Assembly (NCBI GenBank): GCA_964504155.1
Contig: CAZDCZ010000005.1
Coordinates: 1-53,114, forward strand
Length of the DNA: 53,114 nucleotides
Direction of reading: 5' to 3'
From: an uncultured Bacteroidales bacterium
Lineage (GTDB): Bacteria > Bacteroidota > Bacteroidia > Bacteroidales > UBA12077
Positions 8,282 to 17,024 of the stretch are shown here, in pieces (position 1 is the first letter of the stretch; the number at the start of each line of letters is the position of its first letter). The position numbers were made by a program, and so were the translations under genes. The notes beneath the pieces were generated by a model, which worked only from the letters and a program-made list of their open reading frames with translations, had not been told where the DNA came from and did no database searches.

Positions 8282-8664
8282 AATATTTGAATGTAAACAT
8301 ACAAGATCGATTTGAAGCCTTCAAAAGAAAAATATTATCTTAATAAATAAACTCCACTAAATACGCCCAACACTTTGTTAAACTTGAATTAATGAAAGCT
8401 CGCTTAGAAGTCTTTCAAAATGAAAGTGCAAATATAAGGAGTTGCATTGGTACTATTTATGAAAGAAATGGAGCCTGTTTTATATTTAATTCCATATTTA
8501 ACACTTACAAAACCAGACGATTATATTTTCATCGAAAATGAGCAAAGCGATAGATTCAAACACCTGTCTAACTGGTAAATTAAGGTGTTTACAAAAGCAA
8601 TACCACAGTTAAACAAATACGCATTTGCTAATATGATTAAAAGCATTTCTTAAAAATAGCTAAT

Positions 8665-8692
8665 TCTGGGTAAATATAACATTATGTTAAAT
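8665..8692 (+). other. dif-like site with perfect XerD arm and degenerate XerC arm
   Basis: TTATGTTAAAT at 8682-8692, followed by AGAA as at 9062-9076. Confidence 0.5.
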
Positions 8693-8913
8693 AGAAAGTC
8701 AACATTAACCATAAAACACCATATTTCAGCTAAAACGGTTGTAACGCGTGAAGGAAGCTATTCCGTAGTTTTAGAGAATTTACAAAAAGAAGAAATAAAT
8801 TATTGGACAGCGTTGGCAATTATTTTTTAAAATTTATTTTGTAATATTTTACGTAAAAGAAATTTTACAAACAATTTTGGGTTTAGTCGAAGCGGCTATT
8901 TAAAATAATGATT

Positions 8914-8957
8914 ATTTCTGTATAATTTACGAATAACGCAAATCGAAGTGCATTCTA
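8914..8957. repeat. Copy 2 of the ~45-bp imperfect direct repeat
   Basis: ATTTCTGTATAATTTACGAATAACGCAAATCGAAGTGCATTCTA; followed by an inverted XerD-like arm. Confidence 0.85.
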
Positions 8958-8959
8958 AA

Positions 8960-8970
8960 CCTTAACATAA
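8960..8970 (-). other. Inverted XerD-like arm
   Basis: Reverse complement is TTATGTTAAGG (9/11 to TTATGTTAAAT); no recognisable XerC partner. Confidence 0.4.
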
Positions 8971-9044
8971 TTTCTGTCGTTCTTGTATAAAAGTCCAAGA
9001 ACTTAAATTATATTAAATACTGCGTATACACAATTTGCTGGTGT

Positions 9045-9072
9045 TTGTCCTATAATATATATTATGTTAAAT
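9045..9072 (+). other. dif site (XerC/XerD recombination site)
   Basis: TTGTCCTATAA-TATATA-TTATGTTAAAT: 11-6-11 layout. Right arm is identical to the E. coli XerD arm; spacer is 5/6 to E. coli TGTATA; left arm ends in ATAA. Confidence 0.8.
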
Positions 9073-9127
9073 AGAATATATTAAATAATAAGGGAGAACA
9101 TTTTTGTCCTCCCTTACTATTTAATTC

Positions 9128-10288
9128 TTATTCCAATTTTTTAATAATCTCATTATACTTGTCTATCATTTGTAAACGATAATATAAAGTTTTTAATGTA
9201 CTCATAATACTAACATCTTCAGGATGAAGTTCGTAAGCTTTTTCAATATAAGGTAATGATTCTTCAAATCTCTTATCTGCTATTTTTTTTGCTGCGTTAT
9301 ATTTTTTAGCATTTTTTATTTCATTTGCTTTATCGGTTAATGCAACAGCTTCGTTAAAAACCAATACTCCAAGATTATAATGAGCTTCAAAAAGATTATT
9401 GTCTAGTTCAAGGGCTTTTTTATAATACTCTTTCGCTTTTTCTGTTTTACCTAATTTATCGTATAAATGTGCTTCAGCAGAATAATATTGAGCATTAGTT
9501 GGGTCTTTTTCTTTGGCTACTTCTAAATATTTAAATGCTTCATCAACATTATCCGATTCTAATAAATAATAGTTAATTAAAGTAACTAACATATCATTAT
9601 TTCCGGGATATTTTTCGAATCCTTCTTGTAGAGTTTTAATTCCTTGTAAAGTGTCTCCGTTTAACATATAGCATTCTTTTAAAAGAATGAATGTATTGGC
9701 TTCTCCGTAGTTATATTTTTTTGCTTCATTATAATATTTAATAGCATTAGCATAATCCCCACATTTTTGTGCCGATAATGCAGCGTTAAATATCATGGCT
9801 GTATCAATTTCGCCATTATATAAAGGCATTTTTTTAACTTCTAAAGTTTTTTCAAAATATTTATAAGATTTAGCATAGTCTTTTGCATTATATGCATCAA
9901 TTCCAACCTGAGTAATATCATTAGCCATAGTAAATAATTGAGCATTAATGAAATTTTTAATAGTATTTCCTTCATCCATATCAAATGCTATTTTAAAATT
10001 ATCAAAAGCATCGATTAATGGTTGGTCGCTTAATTTCTTAAAATTTTCGTCTTCTGTTTTACTTATTGCTTTATATACCATACCTTTTCCATAGTATGTT
10101 TTAGCCCATAATTTTGTTTCAGGTAATTCTGTAGCTTTATTTACCGATTTAAGAGCTGTGTCAAGTTTAATGCCTTCTTCCGACCAACGAATAGCATTTG
10201 TAACTAAAACTTTGTCGCTACAACTACTAAAAAAAATAGTTATTATAGCTAATGACAGTAAAAAATTGATTTTTGCGAATCGTTTCAT
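9128..10288 (-). CDS. Tetratricopeptide repeat protein
   Basis: Multiple TPR units (e.g. 'AKEYYKKALELDNNLFEAHYNLGVL'); signal/lipoprotein-like N-terminus; downstream of gyrA. Confidence 0.85.
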   Translation of the reverse strand: MKRFAKINFLLSLAIITIFFSSCSDKVLVTNAIRWSEEGIKLDTALKSVNKATELPETKLWAKTYYGKGMVYKAISKTEDENFKKLSDQPLIDAFDNFKIAFDMDEGNTIKNFINAQLFTMANDITQVGIDAYNAKDYAKSYKYFEKTLEVKKMPLYNGEIDTAMIFNAALSAQKCGDYANAIKYYNEAKKYNYGEANTFILLKECYMLNGDTLQGIKTLQEGFEKYPGNNDMLVTLINYYLLESDNVDEAFKYLEVAKEKDPTNAQYYSAEAHLYDKLGKTEKAKEYYKKALELDNNLFEAHYNLGVLVFNEAVALTDKANEIKNAKKYNAAKKIADKRFEESLPYIEKAYELHPEDVSIMSTLKTLYYRLQMIDKYNEIIKKLE

Positions 10289-10368
10289 TGTTATTATTTT
10301 TTGTTATTAAATTTTATTTTTTCCAAAAATAGAATAATTATTGCAACAGTTCAAATACTTAGTAATAT

Positions 10369-12894
10369 TTATTCTAAATTATTATCTGTTGTTTCTTCGT
10401 TATTATTATTATCTGTTGTTTTTTCGTTTTCGATATTAATAATTTCTTCATCTTCATCGTCGCTAACATGAGTAACAGCAGCTATTGAATCATTTTTTTT
10501 GAGATTTATAAGTTTAACTCCCTGTGTAGCTCTACCTGTAATTCTAATATCAGCTATTTTCAATCGAATAGTAATTCCCGAACGGTTGATGATCATTATT
10601 TGACTCGATTCAGAAACTCCTTTGATAGCAATTAATTTTCCGGTTTTTTCATTAATATTAAATGTTTTAACGCCTTTACCTCCGCGTTTTATTGTTCGAT
10701 AAGCGTCTGTATTAGAGCGTTTTCCATATCCGTTTTCTGAAACAACAAGTATTTCGTCATCAATATCTTCTACCCATACCATGCCAATAACTTCGTCGTT
10801 TTCGTAACTTAATGTTATTCCACGAACACCTGTTCCTGTTCTTCCAATAGATCTTACATCTTTCTCGTTAAAACGAACAGCCTTTCCTTCACGAGATGCT
10901 ATAATAATATCGCTTTTCCCATTTGTAAGTTTGGCTTCTATTAACGAATCTCCTTCGCGTATTGTAATTGCATTAACGCCATTTTGTCGTGGACGAGAAT
11001 ATTGCTCTAAAGCAGTTTTTTTAACTACTCCTTTTTTAGAACACATAATAATGTAATTATTTTTTATATATTCATCATCATTAAGGTTTTTAACATTAAT
11101 GTATGCTTTAACTTTATCGTCTGATGCAATATTTAAGACATTTTGAATTGCACGACCTTTTGATGTTCGAGAGCCTTCAGGTATGTCGTAAACTTTTAGC
11201 CAAAAACATTTTCCTTGTTCTGTAAAGAATAGCATTGTATTATGCATAGAAGCAACATACATATGTTCTATAAAGTCTTTATCGCGAGTTGTACTTCCTT
11301 TAGAACCAACCCCTCCTCTATGCTGTGCTTTGAATTCGGAAAGCTTTGTTCTTTTTAAATATCCTAAATGCGATATTGTTATTACTACATCTTCATCAGC
11401 ATAGAAATCTTCCGGATTAAATTCTCCTTCATCTGGAACAATATCTGTTCTTCTTTCGTCTCCAAATTTTTCTTTTATTTCAATCAGCTCATCTTTAACA
11501 ACTTGCATTCTCAGAGAAATATCACTTAGAATATCTCTTAGATGAGCAATTAGTTTTTGCAATTCTGTATATTCGTCTTTAATTTTATCGCGTTCGAGAC
11601 CTGTGAGTTTTTGCAAACGCATATCAAGAATAGCTTTTGCTTGCAAGTCTGAAAGATTAAAATTTGACATAAGTCCATTCCTGGCTTCTTCCGGTGTTTT
11701 TGATGCACGAATAAGCTTAATTACTTCGTCAATATTGTCTAAAGCAATTAATAATCCTTTGAGTATATGAGACTTTTTTTCTGCTTGATTAAGTTCGAAT
11801 TGAGTTCTTCGTGTAACAACTTCGTGACGATGTTCTGCAAATTTCGAAATAATTTGTTTTAAATTAAGTAATCTTGGTCGACCTTTTACAAGGGCAATAT
11901 TGTTTACATTAAAAGTAGATTGTAATTGTGTGTATTTGAATAACTTATTTAAAACAACATTGGCTATAGCATCTCTTTTTAAATCGTAAACAATACGCAT
12001 ACCATTACGATCCGATTCATCATTCAAATTTGAAATACCATCGATTTTTTTATCGTTAATTAAATCGGCCGTTTTTTTAATCATATCGGCCTTATTTACC
12101 ATATATGGTATTTCTGTAACGATTAATCTTTCTCTCCCTGCAGAAGTTGTTTCTATTTCGGTTTTAGCTCTAAGAACAATTCGACCTCTACCTGTAAGAA
12201 AAGCATCTTTACATCCCTGAAAACCATATATAATACCTCCTGTCGGGAAATCCGGAGCTTTTAGAATGTCAGCTAGATCTTCTATCTCAATATCGTTATT
12301 ATTTATATAAGCTATTATTGCATCTATTGAGTCTGATAAGTTATGTGGAGGCATATTGGTAGCCATCCCTACTGCAATACCCGAAGCTCCATTAATTAAA
12401 AGCGTAGGAACTCTGGTTGGTAATACTGTTGGTTCTTTTAGTGTATCATCAAAATTTAATTTAAAATCAACAGTATCTTTCTCTAAATCGCGTAATGTTT
12501 CTTCTGAAATTTTTCTTAGTTTAGCCTCTGTATATCGCATTGCTGCAGGGCTGTCGCCGTCAACTGAACCGAAATTTCCTTGTCCGTTTACTAGCATATA
12601 TCGTAACGACCATGGTTGAGCCATTCTTACCATTGCTTCATATACCGAAGAATCGCCGTGTGGATGGTATTTACCTAACACCTCTCCTACAATTCTTGCA
12701 GATTTTTTAAATGGTTTGTTTGAGTATGTTCCTAATTCCGACATCCCGAATAACACTCTTCTATGTACAGGCTTTAATCCATCTCGCACATCAGGAAGTG
12801 CTCTTGATACAATTACCGACATTGAATAATCAATGTAGGACGATTTCATCTCCTCTTCAATATTTACTTTTATTATTTTTTCTCCTTCAGCCAT
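10369..12894 (-). CDS. gyrA: DNA gyrase subunit A
   Basis: '[16 protein letters not shown]', '[12 protein letters not shown]', catalytic 'AAMRYTE', GyrA-box 'QHRGGVG', C-terminal pinwheel repeats. Confidence 0.98.
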   Translation of the reverse strand: MAEGEKIIKVNIEEEMKSSYIDYSMSVIVSRALPDVRDGLKPVHRRVLFGMSELGTYSNKPFKKSARIVGEVLGKYHPHGDSSVYEAMVRMAQPWSLRYMLVNGQGNFGSVDGDSPAAMRYTEAKLRKISEETLRDLEKDTVDFKLNFDDTLKEPTVLPTRVPTLLINGASGIAVGMATNMPPHNLSDSIDAIIAYINNNDIEIEDLADILKAPDFPTGGIIYGFQGCKDAFLTGRGRIVLRAKTEIETTSAGRERLIVTEIPYMVNKADMIKKTADLINDKKIDGISNLNDESDRNGMRIVYDLKRDAIANVVLNKLFKYTQLQSTFNVNNIALVKGRPRLLNLKQIISKFAEHRHEVVTRRTQFELNQAEKKSHILKGLLIALDNIDEVIKLIRASKTPEEARNGLMSNFNLSDLQAKAILDMRLQKLTGLERDKIKDEYTELQKLIAHLRDILSDISLRMQVVKDELIEIKEKFGDERRTDIVPDEGEFNPEDFYADEDVVITISHLGYLKRTKLSEFKAQHRGGVGSKGSTTRDKDFIEHMYVASMHNTMLFFTEQGKCFWLKVYDIPEGSRTSKGRAIQNVLNIASDDKVKAYINVKNLNDDEYIKNNYIIMCSKKGVVKKTALEQYSRPRQNGVNAITIREGDSLIEAKLTNGKSDIIIASREGKAVRFNEKDVRSIGRTGTGVRGITLSYENDEVIGMVWVEDIDDEILVVSENGYGKRSNTDAYRTIKRGGKGVKTFNINEKTGKLIAIKGVSESSQIMIINRSGITIRLKIADIRITGRATQGVKLINLKKNDSIAAVTHVSDDEDEEIINIENEKTTDNNNNEETTDNNLE

Positions 12895-13211
12895 ATATTT
12901 GTAACTTTTATAATATCTGTTTAGAACAAAATATTGTTTTTAAAAACTACTAAATTAATTATTTATTATCGAACTTCTATAAGATTTGGGGATGATTTAT
13001 TAACAGTTTTAATTTATTTTTATGGAAATTAAAATTTGATAATCTTAATGTGGTATTATTTGTTGAATATCAAGGAGTTAAGGCTTGTGTTGTTTTGTGT
13101 ATTGAAATTGCTTATTATTAATATTTTTATATATTTTTTATGATTTTCTATCAATACATTAAATATTACTAATATTGGTTTTAACAGAATTCAAATATTG
13201 AACTTTTAATA

Positions 13212-13625
13212 TTAATATTGCTTCTTACGTGAAATTTTTTTTTCTGATTTAATACGTTTTTTTAATAGTCTTTTTTCTTTAGAACTTCTAGTTGGTTTTG
13301 TTGTTTTTCGTTTTTTTTGTCTTTTTAAAGATGTATTAATCAGACTAATAAAAATAGTTATTGTATTATTCTTATTTTTCAACTGACTTCTTTCAGTATC
13401 GCTTGTAATAATTAATTCTTTATTCTTCGATATTCTATTTGCTGATTTATACAGAATAATTTGTTTTTGTTCATTATTTAATGCTTTCGATTTAGGAATA
13501 TTAAATCGTAATTCAACTTTTGTTGATCTCCTATTAACATTCTGCCCTCCTTTTCCACTGCTGCTTGTAGCTGAAAACTCTAGTTCGTCGATTAATTTTT
13601 CAATACTAGTCTTATTTATATTCAT
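13212..13625 (-). CDS. arfB: Alternative ribosome-rescue peptidyl-tRNA hydrolase ArfB
   Basis: 'SSGKGGQNVNRRSTKVELRF' (GGQ), 'RSQLKNK', basic tail ending 'KSEKKISRKKQY'. Confidence 0.93.
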   Translation of the reverse strand: MNINKTSIEKLIDELEFSATSSSGKGGQNVNRRSTKVELRFNIPKSKALNNEQKQIILYKSANRISKNKELIITSDTERSQLKNKNNTITIFISLINTSLKRQKKRKTTKPTRSSKEKRLLKKRIKSEKKISRKKQY

Positions 13626-13690
13626 ATATATTTATATTATCTTTATCCATATAAATGGTATTCAAATTTATTAATTAAATTAAGTAAAAA

Positions 13691-14788
13691 ATGTATTGTA
13701 TGAAAATTTTAAAGAAAATTGAATTAAGTATTTTTTATCGATTAAATAAAATAATTATTTTTATTTGTTTTCTGCTTTTTCAAAACATTACAAATGCACA
13801 GAAGTTAATAATCAATCAAGAAATTAATTTGTTTGATTTTAATACATATTTATTTTATACATCTTCTGAATTAGCTAATAATAATCCTTATAATATTGGT
13901 AAATACGGAGGACAGAATTTATTCGATAAAGATAAGCAAACATGTTGGGCAGAAGGTGTTAAAGGAGATGGTGTTGGAGAATACATATTTATGGTAATTT
14001 CTAAAAATACTAAAGCTATTTCATTTATTAATGGATATGCAAAAAGTACTGAAATATATTATAAAAATAATAGAGTAAAAGATGTAGAAATTTCTTTATT
14101 TGCAGGCTATAATGAAGAAGGTCATGTAACAGAATTATATTCGTTTTATAATATATTTCCTATTACAAAACCCGTAGTTTACAGTTTAAATGATGATATT
14201 AATAGTCAGAAAATACAAACCTTATGGAATTGGGATGATATTATTGAAAAAGAAAAGAAAATATTTGAAAATCACTATAAAAGTAAGAAAAATGTAATAA
14301 AAAATTATTTTGTTAAAATTGTAATTTTAAGTGTTTATCATGGTTCTAAATACGATGATACATGTATTTCGGAAATAAATACATTAATAAAGAGTAATTT
14401 GTTATTATCATACAAATCTATTGATGTTAATGATGATGAAAATATTGTTTTTGGTATAAATAATGATACAAAAGATATTTTATTATCAGATACCAATTCA
14501 ATATTTCAGATTTTAGATAATACTCCGGATAATAATTGGATTATTTTATCTGTTTTACCTGCAAATGTTTCGTATGGAAGAGTAGAAACGCAAACTGTGT
14601 TATTTAATGTCCCACACAAAAAAATAATAAATTTTAATGATTTTATGCCTTTAGTACAAGATATCTATAACTTTGAGATTATTGAAAATGAAGTTTACAT
14701 TAATGTACTCAAGAAAAATGCTTTAGATATAGAAAGAGTATCAGTAAAAGAAATAGAGAATAAATATTTAATAGAAAATAAGCAATAA
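13691..14788 (+). CDS. Exported protein with a discoidin-like (NADase-type glycan-binding) domain
   Basis: 'NLFDKDKQTCWAEGVKGDGVGEYI', 'INGYAKS..IYYKNNRVK', 'ILSVYHGSKYDDTCISEI'; signal peptide ending TNA|Q. Start codon uncertain. Confidence 0.55.
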   Translation: MYCMKILKKIELSIFYRLNKIIIFICFLLFQNITNAQKLIINQEINLFDFNTYLFYTSSELANNNPYNIGKYGGQNLFDKDKQTCWAEGVKGDGVGEYIFMVISKNTKAISFINGYAKSTEIYYKNNRVKDVEISLFAGYNEEGHVTELYSFYNIFPITKPVVYSLNDDINSQKIQTLWNWDDIIEKEKKIFENHYKSKKNVIKNYFVKIVILSVYHGSKYDDTCISEINTLIKSNLLLSYKSIDVNDDENIVFGINNDTKDILLSDTNSIFQILDNTPDNNWIILSVLPANVSYGRVETQTVLFNVPHKKIINFNDFMPLVQDIYNFEIIENEVYINVLKKNALDIERVSVKEIENKYLIENKQ

Positions 14789-14886
14789 ATTATGCGATAA
14801 TTTTGTTTTAAAACAATAGTTATTTCTATGATTTATATATTTTTCTTATCTTTATCCGTCGGCAATAGAATAAAATAGATAAAAGC

Positions 14887-16971
14887 ATGAATAATAAATA
14901 TTTGAAATCAAGATTTTTAATATTTTCTTCTTTAGGTAAAATAAGTAAAACTTCTAATTTGGAAGAAAGAGAAGTTGCTTTACGTAAAGAATATGAAGAA
15001 TTCTCTACGTATAAAGAATCAGAAGAGTTTGATCATTTTATTAAATTAGAAGATTTTGTTAACTCTGATGAATTTCAGGAAATAAAAAAGAATATTAATT
15101 CTCAAAAATATAAAGATACTTCCGATTATATAAAAGAGTTAGAATATAATAGATTAAAAAAATCTAAATCAATAAGAACATATTATCAAGTTAAAGATTC
15201 TAAACTGCTGCAAGATTATAAAGTGTTTAAAGAGTCTGACACTCTTGCTAAATTTCAACAATTTGATTCTTTTTTTTCATCTGATAATTTTGTTGATTTT
15301 AAAAAAACACTAATCAACGAGAAAAAAGAAAAGACTCTTGAATATAAAAACGAGATAAAAAAATATCAGAATCTAAAGAAAAAATATAATTGGTTTTTCA
15401 AGTTCAGCGAATCGAAACAATTTGATGAGTTTAAAAAGTTTGAACAATCGGAAAAATTAAGTTATTATATAGAATTAGAAGACTATATTAACAAGCTTGA
15501 TTTAAGGCGTTTGAAAGAAGAAATTCAAAATAAAAAGCAAGAGAAAATAGATGAATTAAATAATATTAATTCAAAACTTAAAGAATTAAGAAAACAAGCT
15601 AAAAAAACCAAAAAAGGAGAAGAATTCTCTAATAAAGATGAATTACTAGAACTAAATAAATTAATAAAATCAGGAATACTAAAAAAAGAAATCAAGAAAA
15701 GAAATTTCGAAAATACCAGTGAATACGAAAAAATAGAAGAATTCAAAAAACTAAAGAAATCAAGTGAGATTAAAAAATACTATAAATTTAAAAATTCAGA
15801 AAAATTTAAAAATTACCTAGAACTTAACGAATCGCAAGAAATTAGTGAGTACTTAGAATTGGATTATTTTATTAATTCGAAAGAATTTGATGAAAAAATA
15901 AAATCAATTAAAGAAATAAATTTCGAGAATACCGAAGAATATAAACAACTTATCGAATATAAAGAATTAAAAAAATCATCGGAAATAAAACAATATTTTA
16001 AATTTATAAATTCAATTAAGTTTAAGATATATAGTAATTTAGAAGGTTCAGATGAAATAAGTAAGTTTGAAGAGGTAGAAAAGTACATTAATTCCGAAAA
16101 ATTTATTGAGCAAAAGAAATATATGCTTACAAAAAATAAATTTATATTATCGGAAGAGTATAAACAACTTGTTGAATATAATGACTTAAATAAATCGGGG
16201 AAAATAAAATGGTATCATAAATTAGTAAAATCTAACAAGTTTGACGAATTACTTAAATGGAAAGAAACCTTTTCTGACGAATTTAATTCAAAGACATTAG
16301 ATTCAGAAAAGTGGCTTACCTCCTATTTTTGGGGCGAGACATTATTAAACGATAGTTATGTTCAGGCTAACGATAAACATTTTTATACTAAAGGGAAAAA
16401 TATAAGTATTGACGATAGTGTTTTATCGATTTCGACACGAGAGGAAAGTGCTGAAGGAAAAATGTGGCATCCTCTACATGGGTTTGTTCCTAAGAAATTT
16501 GATTATACCACCGGCATAATTAATACCGGGCAAAGTTTTCGACAAAAATATGGTTTATTTAAAGCTAAGGTTAGAGTAAGTCATAATTATCCTGTATTTC
16601 ATGCGTTTTGGTTATTAGGCGACAAGAAAGTTCCGGAGATAGATGTATTTAAGTATCATGCTAAATCAAAATCGAAAATTCAAGTAGGTAATTATTGGGG
16701 AAATTCTTTTAACGAAAAGGAAATTGATAAAAAAATATCGAATATTAAAGGAAAAAATTTCTCGGATGATTATTATATTTATTCAATAGAATGGTCGCCG
16801 GAAAGAATTGTGTGGAGAATTAACGATGTTGTTGTTTCTGAACAATGTAATGGCGTGCCGCAAGAAGCTATGTATATTGTATTTTCTTCCGGAATAAATA
16901 AAAATTTAAATAATGGAACATTACCTGCTAAAATGGATATTGATTGGGTAAGAGTTTATCAAAAAGAATAA
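14887..16971 (+). CDS. GH16-like C-terminal domain fused to a long K/E/F/Y-rich helical repeat region
   Basis: C-terminal 'FDYTTGIINTG..FRQKYGLFKAKVR', 'HAFWLLG..VPEIDVFK', 'DYYIYSIEWSPERIVWRIND', 'MDIDWVRVYQ'; about 450 aa of imperfect repeats before it. Confidence 0.75.
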   Translation: MNNKYLKSRFLIFSSLGKISKTSNLEEREVALRKEYEEFSTYKESEEFDHFIKLEDFVNSDEFQEIKKNINSQKYKDTSDYIKELEYNRLKKSKSIRTYYQVKDSKLLQDYKVFKESDTLAKFQQFDSFFSSDNFVDFKKTLINEKKEKTLEYKNEIKKYQNLKKKYNWFFKFSESKQFDEFKKFEQSEKLSYYIELEDYINKLDLRRLKEEIQNKKQEKIDELNNINSKLKELRKQAKKTKKGEEFSNKDELLELNKLIKSGILKKEIKKRNFENTSEYEKIEEFKKLKKSSEIKKYYKFKNSEKFKNYLELNESQEISEYLELDYFINSKEFDEKIKSIKEINFENTEEYKQLIEYKELKKSSEIKQYFKFINSIKFKIYSNLEGSDEISKFEEVEKYINSEKFIEQKKYMLTKNKFILSEEYKQLVEYNDLNKSGKIKWYHKLVKSNKFDELLKWKETFSDEFNSKTLDSEKWLTSYFWGETLLNDSYVQANDKHFYTKGKNISIDDSVLSISTREESAEGKMWHPLHGFVPKKFDYTTGIINTGQSFRQKYGLFKAKVRVSHNYPVFHAFWLLGDKKVPEIDVFKYHAKSKSKIQVGNYWGNSFNEKEIDKKISNIKGKNFSDDYYIYSIEWSPERIVWRINDVVVSEQCNGVPQEAMYIVFSSGINKNLNNGTLPAKMDIDWVRVYQKE

Positions 16972-16980
16972 AAAAATAAC

Positions 16981-16988
16981 TAATTTTG
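16981..16988 (+). promoter_or_regulatory. Bacteroidota -7 promoter element upstream of clpC
   Basis: TAATTTTG matches TAnnTTTG, 36 nt before the ATG at 17025. Confidence 0.5.
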
Positions 16989-17024
16989 CAAATTGATTTT
17001 TTAAAAACAATAATATTTTTTTAC

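Noticed and set aside
8684-8830. 48-codon ORF starting inside the XerD-like arm (MLNRKSTLTIKHH...)
   Set aside because: The ATG is part of the TTATGTTAAAT motif and the product has no recognisable features.
14887-16300. Repetitive DNA in the GH16-like gene considered as a tandem-repeat array or CRISPR
   Set aside because: Repeats are degenerate at DNA level and conserved only as protein periodicity; there is no repeat-spacer structure.
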